A DNA stretch of 64,000 nucleotides. Origin: Macrostomum lignano. Taxonomy: Eukaryota. Position numbers and translations under genes: made by a program. The DNA lies in NCBI GenBank assembly GCA_002269645.1, contig NIVC01000040.1, positions 1-64,000 of the forward strand, read 5' to 3'. The notes under the pieces were generated by a model, which saw only the letters and a list, made by a program, of their open reading frames with translations, ran no database searches and had not been told where the DNA came from. Below are positions 49,401-64,000 of the stretch, one piece after another. Position 1 is the first letter of the stretch. Every line of letters starts with the position of its first letter.

Positions 49401-51990
49401 GATGAGGTGGGATGAGATGGGCTGAGATGGGATGAGATATGATGAGATGGGATGAGATGGGATGAGATGGGATGAGATGGGATGAGATGGGATAAGATTG
49501 AATGAGATGGAATGAGATTGAATGAGATTGAATGAGATGGGCTGAGATTGAATAAGATGGGATGAGATATGATGAGATGGGTTGAGATGGGATGAGATGG
49601 GCTGAGATGGGCTGAGATGGGCTGAGATGGGATGAGATGGGCTGAGATGGGATGAGATGGGCTGAGATGAGTTGAGATATGATGAGATGGGCTGAGATGG
49701 GATGAGATGGGCTGAGATGAGATGAGATGGGCTGAGGTATGATAAGATGGGATGAGATGGGATAAGATTGAATGAGATGGGATGAGATTGAATGAGATGG
49801 GCTGAGATTGAAGGAGATGGGATGAGATTGAATTGAGATGGGATGAGATTGAATTGAGATGGGATGAGATTGAATGAGATGGGATGAGATTGAATTGAGA
49901 TGGGATGAGATTGAATTGAGATGGGATGAGATTGAATTGAGATGGGATGAGATTGAATTGAGATGGGATGAGATTGAATTGAGATGGGATGAGATTGAAT
50001 TGAGATGGGATGAGATTGAATTGAGATGGGCTGAGATTGAAGGAGATGGGATGAGATTGAATTGAGATGGGATGAGATTGAATTGAGATGGGATGAGATT
50101 GAATTGAGATGGGCTGAGATTGAAGGAGATGGGATGAGATTGAATTGAGATGGGATGAGATTGAATTGAGATGGGATGAGATTGAATTGAGATGGGATGA
50201 GATTGAATTAAAGATATTTAATTAGAGATCAATTAACCGAATTTCAGAACGGACGGAGCCACAGATCTGGTCTATGTGGGACTGGCCTGCGCATTTTTCA
50301 ATTCCTGCGCCAATCCCATTATTTATGGTGAGCTTGAGACGACTGGCGCACAGGCACAGGAGTGCCTGCATGAGTACAGCGTATCCTGCAGCTGTATGTG
50401 CAGGCATAATGTACCTTGAAAAAATGTTTATTCAGCAACACAGTCAGTCAGCAACACACAGCCAGTCCTCATCACACACTCAGCAACACACAGCCAGTCC
50501 TCATCACACACTCAGCAACACACAGCCAGTCCTCATCACACACTCAGCAACACACAGCCAGTCCTCATCACACAGTCACTCAGCAACACACAGCCACTCC
50601 TCATCACACAGTCACTCAAAACAGTCACTCATAACACTGTCACTCAGCAACACACAGCCAGTCCTCATCACACAGTCACTTAGCAACACACAGTCACTCA
50701 AAACAGTCACTCACAACACAGTCACTCAGCAGAACATTTGCAACGCATATCCGCAGGCATGTTCACCAAGCACTGTCGCAGACTGCTGAACAGGCGCTGC
50801 CACTGCCTGTCGAAATGGCTTCGACGGAAACGCCAGCGGAGGGAGTGGCGACAGCAGCAGCTGGTGCTGCCACAGCACAGTCCATTCCACCACCATCAGC
50901 GTCAGATGCAGCGGCAGCAGCAGCAACAACAGAGACATGTTGCCTGCCAATTCGAAATGATTCCGATGCAGGATTTACAAAATCAGACCAAAAATTCAAA
51001 GCAGAAATTGGAGAATAAAACAACTCCGGAGAAGATCACTGTGCGAGCTGAATCTGCAGTCACAGCCCGTGCAGCTGTGGCCGCCTTGGCCCCTTCGGGC
51101 AGCAGTTTCTCTAGCGGCTCGGCTCGAACTTATGAGAAACAACAGCACCAGCAGTTGTCTCTTTCGTCTTCTTCTAGAAGACTCGATCGGAATGCGTTTG
51201 ACAAAATGTATCCGCCAATATACGGTAGGAAGTTGCGTAGAGAACTTGGGGTGAGGGCTAGAGTTCTGCGGAGCTGTTTAGCCGGGAGAGAGTGTGCATT
51301 GAGGTGGGGCAGAGTTCTGCGGGGCTGTTTAGCCGGGAGAGAGTGTGCATTGAGGTGGGGCAGAGTTCTGCGGGGCTGTTTAGCCGGGAGAGAGTGTGCA
51401 TTGAAGTAGGGATGATAGAAAGTTCTGCGGGGCTGTTTAGCCGGGAGAGAGTGTACATTGAGGTGGGGCAGAGTTTTGCGGGGCTGTTTAGTCGGGAGAG
51501 AGTGTACATTGAGGTGGGGCAGAGTTTTGCGGGGCTGTTTAGCCGGGAGAGAGTGTACATTGAGGTGGGGTAGACAGTTCTGCGGGGCTGTTTAGCCGGG
51601 AGAGAGTATACATTAAGGTGGGGGTAGAGTTCTGTAGGGCTGTTTAGCCGAAGGAGAATTCCACATTGGAGTGGGGATAGAGAGTTCTGCGGGGCTGTTT
51701 AGCCGGGAGAGAGTGTACATTGAGGTGGGGCAGAGTTCTGCGGGGCTGTTTAGCCGGGAGAGTGTACTTGATAATTATTAATACCTTGAAAATACACGTA
51801 CTTGCCATGAAGTTCTTAGCGGACTCGGGTCAATGATTTTTAACATTTTCAGAGAAACTGCTAATAGAAAAAGGCATTCGAAAATTTCATATAAAAAAGC
51901 ATCTAATTCCTATTTCTTGTTACCCGACATCATATTCTGTCATTTCATCCTATTTCAATTATTTCAGACATGTCGCCGAGAACATCCTGA
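37465..51990 (+). CDS. Rhodopsin-type neuropeptide GPCR, GnRH/AKH/corazonin receptor-like; 7 exons, about 557 aa
   Basis: Exons 37465-38088, 47790-48009, 48349-48528, 49200-49278, 50248-50327, 50757-51224 and 51968-51990 join in frame (1674 nt). Motifs: GNLIV, HLALADL, W..G...CK, LYLSS...IAIDRY...[38 protein letters not shown]. The last exon and the start codon (M1 or M42 at 37588) are less certain. Confidence 0.9.
38145..39125. repeat. Purine-rich array of about 19 bp at the 5' end of GPCR intron 1
   Basis: ggcagagaggcagagggga. Confidence 0.93.
39615..40326. repeat. 12-bp agatagatcggc array (with a 24-bp variant block)
   Basis: Near-perfect cggcagatagat units, 39820-40326. Confidence 0.95.
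41061..42866 (+). mobile_element. Crypton-type (tyrosine recombinase) DNA element with structured ends, inside GPCR intron 1
   Basis: Single DUF3504/YR ORF flanked by hairpins at 41060-41196 and 42751-42816. Terminal inverted 15-mers (41061-41075 versus 42852-42866, 14/15 match). 12-bp direct repeat ATTTCTCAGGCC at 41109 and 42768. No TSD seen. Boundaries are inferred. Confidence 0.7.
41348..42673 (+). CDS. Crypton-like tyrosine recombinase (DUF3504 / ZMYM-QRICH1-KCTD1-related family), intronless, 441 aa
   Basis: [43 protein letters not shown]..., [13 protein letters not shown] (catalytic R), TKTNNAG (K), [31 protein letters not shown] (HxxR position), TGHSS (H), ERY (Y). Confidence 0.88.
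   Translation: MEDDLDLVLRYFESKESAATNPAAGSDRFATLSTDEIQGKLDAAIPPNTRRKELWAVRIFDQWFEQRHNRILHCDTTGLLVLKERHEWNACDWNYLLKMFILEVGKVDGTKYNATTLRDIFSMMQHYLQYTLKKELNLWKDAACRDARMALDAAMKEATREGLVPGTNASSPIPATLEEELWQKGRLATTSPKLLLFTLVFYLGKQFALRGGTELHGLRYSCEIQLQHEDGQELLVYCENRATKTNNAGIKRRFVPLKTVKASHTADHDRCLPCIYKLYVDKRPENCTVQNLFLAWMRSDASIQQGRWYQNAPVGRHILDGIVRELTAPLTGVTERYTNQSLLKTCASTLHRAGFAREDIAPVTGHSSTAIERYIQFDVQDHVKVSHALQSGGQSSSLSIDTEPERSVEAMEQSNVVTANPAKKMRLNINGNTNTVEIVFE
43815..44090. repeat. 12-bp minisatellite
   Basis: atgagtgagatc. Confidence 0.92.
44640..45695. repeat. 83-bp tandem repeat, about 12 copies
   Basis: ctaggaggcagacttgcc(t/g)accatagactgtacacattcaccaaccaaaagcgggtgcgagggatagaaagtcaatgtacatt; period 83 measured from 44667 to 44750. 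Confidence 0.95.
46425..47685. repeat. Pyrimidine-rich 20-bp array at the 3' end of GPCR intron 1
   Basis: cctgtcctctcctctctgcc, with an internal block duplication of about 400 bp. Confidence 0.95.
48050..48285. repeat. About 30-bp minisatellite, GPCR intron 2
   Basis: ggggattgaagttttattacctgtctgaaggt. Confidence 0.9.
48535..48730. repeat. About 10-bp ctcctgtctg array, GPCR intron 3
   Basis: Starts immediately after the donor. Confidence 0.8.
49340..50210. repeat. gagatgggat / 21-bp gagatgggatgagattgaatt array, GPCR intron 4
   Basis: Direct inspection. Confidence 0.9.
50440..50730. repeat. About 32-bp CA-rich minisatellite, GPCR intron 5
   Basis: cagcaacacacagccagtcctcatcacacact. Confidence 0.85.
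51260..51765. repeat. 51-bp minisatellite, inferred GPCR intron 6
   Basis: agagttctgcggggctgtttagccgggagagagtgtgcattgaggtggggc. Confidence 0.9.
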
Positions 51991-52754
51991 ACTATACATT
52001 GAGCCTCGACTGTTCTTCTGCGTGCAAGGAATTTAAAATTCTTTCACTGACAAAACATCGATTTAGCTCGTAATTATCCCGTGCTGACGACTATTTCAGA
52101 CATCCAAGCTAGGCAGGTTCGCCCCGCCCGCCTCCACAACTGCATAGCATGTCCCCCTAATCGGTATTCAGTCACGGTTACTAAACGCAGCCCCCAACCC
52201 CCCGAAAAACAATTTTAAAATACCTTTCGTTGTGCCGTGTTTGTCTTGCCATTTTTAATAAATAAAGATTTCTAATCTATACATTACTTATAAAGAAGTG
52301 TTTTAAAAGATAAAAATTGAAATAGCTTCTATAATTTCTCAGTTGATTCATCTGTACATAACTTCTGTGATGTTAATGGCTTCGCAAGGTAACACTCGCT
52401 GACCCCTGAGCACATAACAAGCGCGTCAAAACTCAGTCAATTTGTAGCACCTACTGACTGCATGAAAATTGATAAGTTCTGTTTGGATTCAATGAATAAA
52501 ATCATGCGATGGGAAATAGAATGTGCACGATTGAGCACGAGGTCTGTTTCATTTCCGGCAGTGTCTGTGGCCTGCCATATTCAGCCTCTGGGCTAAACTA
52601 CAAGCCCGAGGTACTGCTGCACTGTATAGATGGACTGCTTTAGTCACGCGCAGAAAAGTACAATGCTGCATTGGAAAACTGTGGGCGCTTCCTGCTCTTT
52701 TTTAAAATGGGGTTGAATGGATGTGAAAGAAGGCTTTTCAAATAAAGGACAGGT

Positions 52755-54330
52755 AGTAGGTTGGATGAGGGAAGGCAGGGAGTGGGGTGGGTAAGGGAAG
52801 GCAGGGAGTGGGGAGGATGAGGGAAGGCAGGGAGTGGGGTGGGTGAGGAAGGGCAGGGAGTGGGGAGGGTGAGGAGGGGCAGGGAGTGGGGTAGGTGAGG
52901 AGGGGCAGGGAGTGGGGTAGGTGAGGAGGGGCAGGGAGTGAGGTGGGTGAGAGAAGGCAGGGAGTGGGGTGGGTGAGGAAGGGCAGGGAGTGGGGAGGGT
53001 GAGGAGGGGCAGGGAGTGGGGTAGGTGAGGAGGGGCAGGGAGTGGGGTAGGTGAGGAGGGGCAGGTAGTGAGGTGGGTGAGAGGAGGCAGGGAGTGGGGT
53101 GGGTGAGAGAAGGCAGGGAGTGGGGTAGGTGAGGGAAGGCAGGGAGTGGGGTGGGTGAGGGAAGGCAGGGAGTGGGGTGGGTGAGGGAAGGCAGGGAGTG
53201 GGTGGGTGAGGAAGGGTAGGGAGTGGGGTGGGTGAGGAAGGGCAGGGAGTGGGGTGGGTGAGGAGGGGCAGGTAGTGAGGTGGGTGAGAGAAGGCAGGGA
53301 GTGGGGTGGGTGAGAGAAGGCAGGGAGTGGGGTAGGTGAGGGAAGGCAGGGAGTGGGGTGGGTGAGGGAAGGAAGGGAGTGGGGTGGGTGAGGAAGGGTA
53401 GGGAGTGGGGTGGGTGAGGAAGGGCAGGGAGTGGGGTGGGTGAGGAGGGGCAGGTAGTGAGGTGGGTGAGAGAAGGCAGGGAGTGGGGTGGGTGAGAAAG
53501 GGCAGGGAGTGGGGTGGGTGAGGGAAGGCAGGGAGTGGGGAGGATGAGGGAAGGCAGGGAGTGGGGTGGGTGAGGAAGGGCAGGGAGTGGGGAGGGTGAG
53601 GAGGGGCAGGGAGTGGGGTGGGTGAGAGAAGGCAGGGAGTGGGGTGGGTGAGGAAGGGCAGGGAGTGGGGTGGGTGAGGAGGGGCAGGTAGTGAGGTGGG
53701 TGAGAGAAGGCAGGGAGTAGGGTGGGTGAGGAAGGGCAGGGAGTGGGGTGGGTGAGGAGGGGCAGGTAGTGAGGTGGGTGAGAGAAGGCAGGGAGTGGGG
53801 TGGGTGAGAGAAGGCAGGGAGTGGGTGGGTGAAAGAAGGCAGGGAGTGGGGTGGGTGAGGGAAGGCAGGGAGTGGGGAGGATGAGGGAAGGCAGGGAGTG
53901 GGGTGGGTGAGGAAGGGGAGGGAGTGGGGTGGGTGAGGAGGGGCAGGGAGTGGGGTAGGTGAGGGAAGGCAGGGAGTGGGGTGGGTGAGGAAGGGCAGGG
54001 AGTGGGGTGGGTGAGAAAGGGCAGGGAGTGGGGTGGGTGAGGGAAGGCAGGGAGTGGGGAGGATGAGGGAAGGCAGGGAGTGGGGTGGGTGAGGAGGGGC
54101 AGGGGGTGAGGTGGGTGAGGGAAGGCAGGGAGTGGGGAGGATGAGGGAAGGCATGGAGTGGGGAGGATGAGGGAAGGCAGGGAGTGGGGTGGGTGAGGAG
54201 GGGCAGGGGGTGAGGTGGGTGAGGGAAGGCAGGGAGTGGGGAGGATGAGGGAATGCAGGGAGTGGGGAGGATGAGGGAAGGCAGGGAGTGGGGAGGATGA
54301 GGGAAGTCAGGGAGTGGGGTGGGTGAGTGG
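52755..54330. repeat. G-rich minisatellite of about 26 bp between the convergent GPCR and JIP3 3' ends
   Basis: gggagtggggtgggtgaggaagggca. Confidence 0.93.
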
Positions 54331-54869
54331 ATCATGATGGCCGTTATTACAAATAAAGAGTACAAATACATGGCCTATTAGTGTTTATTGATAATAAATA
54401 ATTAATTACAATCAAATGGGCTAAAGGCTAACAAATAGCCACAGCGCGTCAATATGATTTATTGAATAAAATCTTGTGCAACTCAACCCGAGAGTTAGTA
54501 TTAATAAAACAGACAGCTTTACATTAACGTAAATGAAGCAAATGGAGTCAGGTTCGAGCAGTGAATTTATCGCAACTCGCTGAAAAAAAAAAATTACGGC
54601 CAAGACTAACTTGCACCGAAACAATACTGAATAATTAACAACATTAATTTATCACTCTCTATAACAAGCTACAGTTGAATGGCAAGCAAAATCTTGAGTT
54701 ATATTAACAGTTTAGAAAAAGCAAACAAAAAATCTGAGTAAGTTAAACAGGCAAAAAGGCAAAGCATTAAAATTTCGAGCTGAAAAACTCAAATAAATTA
54801 TCGAAAAGAAAGAACACTACAGCATTTTCCATGTAGCACTGTCTGCTAAACTAAGATTTTAAGAACATT

Positions 54870-59465
<4,596 letters not shown>

Positions 59466-59574
59466 CTGTTGGAGCAGGGTTTCAAAGTAGAAAGCTTAGT
59501 TGGGAGCGGGACACTGGACTGAGACATTGACAGTCCGATAGCAAACGTCTCTTAGATTAGCAATCAAACATTTA

Positions 59575-60490
59575 GGACACCCTGACATCCACCTGTAGAT
59601 TAATCAATTAATCAATAGACACTCAGAGACTTACAAGAAACCTTGACATCATTTAGATGTAATTTTTTCAATTGATAACTGGAGACACGCAGGACACCCT
59701 GACATCATTCAGTAGAACTGACTTTCCCAATAGACACCTTGAGACTCGAAGGACACCCTGACATCATTCAGTAAAACTGAGTTTCCAGATAGACACCTTG
59801 AGACTCGAAGGACATCCTGACATCATTCAGTAGAACTGACTTTCCCAATAGACACCTTGAGACTCGAAGGACACCCTGACATCATTCAGTAAAACTGAGT
59901 TTCCAGATAGACACCTTGAGACTCGAAGGACATCCTGACATCATTCAGTAGAACTGACTTTCCCAATAGACACCTTGAGACTCGAAGGACATCCTGACAT
60001 CATTCAGTAGAACTGACTTTCCCAATAGACACCTTGAGACTCGAAGGACAACCTGACATCATTCAGTAGAACTGACTTTCCCAATAGACACCTTGAGACT
60101 CGAAGGACATCCTGACATCATTCAGTAGAACTGACTTTCCCAATAGACACCTTGAGACTCGAAGGAAATCCTGACATCATTCAGTAGAACTGACTTTCCC
60201 AATAGACACCTTGAGACTCGAAGGACATCCTGACATCATTCAGTAGAACTGACTTTCCCAATAGACAACTCAAGACTCGAAGGACATCCTGACATCATTC
60301 AGTAGAACTGACTTTCGAGATAGACACCTTGAGACTCGAAGGAAATCCTGACATCATTCAGTAGAACTGACTTTCCCAATAGACACCTTGAGACTCGAAG
60401 GACATCCTGACATCATTCAGTAGAACTGACTTTCCCAATAGACACCTTGAGACTCGAAGGACATCCTGACATCATTCAGTAGAACTATCC
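59575..60490. repeat. 59-bp tandem repeat next to the JIP3 acceptor
   Basis: gacatcattcagtagaactgactttcccaatagacaccttgagactcgaaggacatcct. Confidence 0.93.
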
Positions 60491-61214
60491 CAATTGCAGA
60501 CACCTTCAACATCAATCAGCTCAGAACAGTGTTTGCACAACTCGTAACGCACCCCTTTATTTTTGCAACAGTTAATGACTTGACAGGAATAAAAACATGC
60601 GTCAGAAACACGGCCACTCCCATAGTACGTCCGATTAGAATTGGAACAATTTTTGTCGATTATTTAAAAGAGAAAAATGACTGCACCCAGCAATGAAAAT
60701 GCAGCTGCACAGCACTCAGCACTGGTGAATGCCTGTTTACCGGAATCCTTGCCAGCCCAGATACAGAGTGGGCGGCAGTTCGACTCGAAAACAATGGTCG
60801 CATAGAAAAGCAACCGAATCGAGCGTGAAGCGACGGTTTATTCTTCATAATCAATGAAGACAATAAAAATATAATATAGAATATCTCAATTTTCTAGAGC
60901 CTAACAAAATGCTCGTCTGACGCATCAAAACACAACAATGAAGCAATTATGCGCATTGCATAGAAGCGCTTATGCGAGCGTAAATAGCATGTTCTGATAA
61001 AAAATGAAATTGAAGCGCTCAAATATTGAGAATACGGTACGGGGTTATGCTAAACGTCTGGGTTATTATAAACCTTCGAAGGAGAGCTTCAAAATCAGCT
61101 TTGACTTTGGAATACTTTATAGTATCTGGCGTGAAACAGCACTACTGTAGCACTTGGAACCATAGATAAAAGTTTTATCTCGCGGTCAAATTTTGCCGAG
61201 CTAATTGCTATTTC

Positions 61215-64000
61215 ATGCTCAGGCTGAAATCGGATGAACGAGAGAATGAAAATTCGACTAGACTAAGGCAAGTCAAGAATCGAAATCTGCACTTTGAAAA
61301 CACGTTTTTAAAAAAAGAAGGTAGCAGAATGGCGGACTGTCCGTTGTCAACAAGTAACCTGCAGTTGGAATTAAACAGTGTAGAAGACGAGAAGCGCAAG
61401 ATTTTGTCCATCTTCAAGGACGAAAGCGCAAAGTGCGACAATTGGAACCGAAAGTACATTGCTAGTAGCATGTTTGTGCTCGGTTCCGGTGCCTATGGCA
61501 GCGTTTTTCAGGTAGGTTTGATTGTTTTGAAACTAAAGCTTTAGTAGTTAACGAGATATTCGTTTTTGTTGACTTCAGAAATAAGCAGACGAATTACCAG
61601 AATGAGGCAAAAAACAGTTTCAGAAACAGACGGGGCGGAAAACCAAATTCAGAAACAGACGGGTGAAAAACCAGTTTTCTTAGGAAACAGAAAGGTGAAA
61701 ACCAGTTTCGGAAACAGAAGGGTAGAAGCCAGTTTCGGAAACAGAAGGGTAGAAGCCAGTTTCGGAAACAGAAAGGTGGAAAACCAGTTTCGGAAACAGA
61801 AGGGTGAAAAACCAGTTTCGGAAACAGAAAGGTGGAAAACCAGTTTCGGAAACAGAAGGGTGGAAAACCAGTTTCGGAAACAGAAGGGTGAAAAACCAGT
61901 TTCGGAAACAGCATAGGGGTCGAAAGTTAACTTCAGCAAATCTCCGCAGTAAAAAGTTGCAGAACTCAACTTTTAATTCTGACCTCAGGTAACCACGCGG
62001 CAGTACAAAAGCAAGCAAAAGACGTCCAAAGGTCGCTACAGCTATCATCCGGGATTTTTAGAGGCGATCGCTGCTCAACGCCGGGTAAAAGTTGAAATGC
62101 TAGACAAACTTCGCGATTCAAATCGAGACGAGGCCTACCTGGACATCGTGGCTATCAAATACGAGATCATCGATCAGGCTCAACTGGAGGACGGCACGAC
62201 GCGTTATTTGCTGTTTTTAAGACGCGAATTTCTCGTACTGGACTCGATGTGGCGCAAAAATTATCGCCAAATGCACGGGTTTCCAACGGTATTCGATTAC
62301 GGCTACGTTGGCGACAAGAACCACTACGGCATCAATCAGAAGTATAAAAACATTTTCACTTATCTCAATTTGCAAGGCGAGGAAGTGAAATTCTTCACTG
62401 ACATTGACAATCGCAATCTGGAAGGCGTCACCAAGATCTCCTACATGGCCATGGAGCTGCTCGGACCGTCGATTGACGACTTTCGCAACTATTACGAGCC
62501 CTGGTTCAGCGAAGTCGGCTTAAAACCATTCTTCGGCGTGAACACTGTGTTTAAAATAGCCGACCAGACTCTGTGCAGACTGTTGATAATGCATAAGTGC
62601 GGATTTGTGCACCACGACTTGAAGCCGGACAATATTGCCATGGGCAACGGGAGGACTATGAACACCGTCTATCTGCTGGACTTTGGCTTCGCTAAACTGG
62701 TGAGTAAAACGAGTTCTCAGAATGTGAATTGTGTACCTCCGCAGTTTTAAGACTCGATCGATAAAGATAAACAGTTGTTCCGTCGAAACAAGGTCCCCCC
62801 TTAACCGCTTAAAAACGTTTCCGTGACAAAAATCGCTAGAGTCATTGCAAACAACTCACTAGCGACTCTTGTGACTTTTCAATGATTCAAAATAATTCAA
62901 TGATTCAAAATTGACGCAGATGCGCTTTAGATGCATCTCAGTGATTCTACAGCGACTCTGGCACGCCTGAGATACGACTATACGGACTATACGGACCCCA
63001 GAGTCGTTTCAGAGTCGCAGACAATAAAACGCATCAAATTCACTCTTGGGTGGCTCTTTGACGACTTATTGGCGACTTGCACCGTGACGTCTCGTCGTTT
63101 ACTTTTAGAGTCGTCTAGATCGAGTCACTTCTTTCCTATTTGACCTGTGCTAACTGAAAAGACTTGGGCCGTTTTCATCTTGGTTAACCGTCAAATTTTT
63201 CAACATTTACCAAATTCAGGTCTCGCCAGTGAAGCAGAACGAGTGGACCGGCTCGAGAAAGTACATCGCCATTGACGCCTATTTCGGTGAAAAGCCCAAC
63301 TTTGCGCAAGACATTGAAAGCTGGTTCTACGTCATCATGGCCCTGCTATACGACGACTTGCCCTGGTCAGACGAGTACATCGTCAAACAGGTCGACGAAA
63401 ACGCCGACGAGAAGACACGCTGGGATCTGGTTAATAAGCTGAAGAAATCCTGGTGGGGCGAATACTCGGAAGCGACCAGTTTGAAAGAGCTGATCAACAA
63501 TATTGCAGCCATACACAGTCACGAGCTGCCAGACGTGAAGACCGTTCTGGAGCAGTTCCATAAGCGCGTCAAAGATCTTCGCAACTCGATGCGAAGCGTA
63601 GACGACGCCCAGACATTGCACTGCGAGTTGAGCAACACCCAGTCCAACATATTTCGCGGCTACATGAGCATAAGAAAGTCGCTGCTACAAATTTTCAATC
63701 TGCCAAATTTGAATCAGAATCCGTTGCTAGACGACGCCGAATTGAAAGCTCTGCAAGAGATGCGCGAATCCAAAGGACACTACGTCACTTTCAATTGGGA
63801 TCGGAACAATTTCGAATACGAATGGGACGTCAATCACCAGAGGTTCACTATGCGACACTCGGACACCGCCCCGCCGCCAACACTGATTGCCGAACTAGCC
63901 AACCAGCACAGCAGCTGGCGTCCTGCAACTAAAATTGGCGGCTTCGCCACCGTTGTCAACGGCATCGGGCAGCACTCTAACTGGCGGCAGCAGCAGCAGG
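61215..64000 (+). CDS. Divergent casein kinase 1 / tau-tubulin kinase family protein kinase (partial, runs off the window)
   Basis: Exons 61215 (or 61329)-61511 (LGSGAYGSVFQ), 61989-62699 (VAIKYE, MELLGPSI, TV.KIA.Q, GFVHHDLKPDN, VYLLDFGFAK) and 63220 to the window end (TGSRKYIAI.A, QDIESWFY, LPW), all phase 0. The last exon is open to base 64000 and is missing from the ORF track. Confidence 0.88.
61600..61915. repeat. About 22-bp minisatellite, kinase intron 1
   Basis: aaaccagtttcggaaacagaagggtg. Confidence 0.88.

Noticed and set aside
51225-51409. GPCR C-terminus ending in 17-aa repeats, as in the ORF track
   Set aside because: A donor at 51225 and a strong acceptor at 51967 give an in-frame short last exon and place the 51-bp array in an intron. 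Kept only as a possible retained-intron isoform.
60660-60863. Candidate upstream JIP3 exon
   Set aside because: The reading frames give no JIP3-like peptide, and the plausible frame stops early.

Overview
This is eukaryotic (animal) genomic DNA, not a prokaryotic locus. It has GT-AG spliceosomal introns, a short TTAGGG-type telomeric tract and a very high density of minisatellites. A non-arthropod, non-nematode invertebrate such as a Macrostomum-like flatworm is plausible but unverified. By hand-splicing exons I can support five host genes: a MATH-BTB (SPOP/roadkill-like) adaptor (16499-19228, +); a syntaxin-7/12-like Qa-SNARE (22511-26933, +); a GnRH/AKH/corazonin-receptor-like GPCR (37465-51990, +); the 3' part of a JIP3/JIP4 (sunday driver/unc-16) scaffold (54870-59465, -); and a divergent CK1/TTBK-like kinase (61215 to the window end, +). 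Mobile DNA: a Mutator (MULE) element encoding a spliced DDE-transposase / 10-aa-repeat / Ulp1-protease / PHD polyprotein (156-7581, -), whose largest intron holds a deleted Ty3/gypsy remnant that itself carries a foldback MITE with a 9-bp TSD; a second MITE; and a Crypton-type (DUF3504) tyrosine-recombinase element with hairpin-rich ends inside GPCR intron 1. The most striking unexplained patterns are: (i) about 1-kb reverse-complementary minisatellites at the two ends of the 9.7-kb GPCR intron; (ii) the recombination-site-like ends of the Crypton element, whose intact ORF lacks the catalytic HxxR; (iii) a different private minisatellite in nearly every host intron; (iv) strong enrichment of the TA-flanked palindromes TAGGCCTA and TACATGTA. 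Most long ORFs in the supplied track are tandem-repeat artefacts. All calls come from motif recognition by eye; no database search was run.
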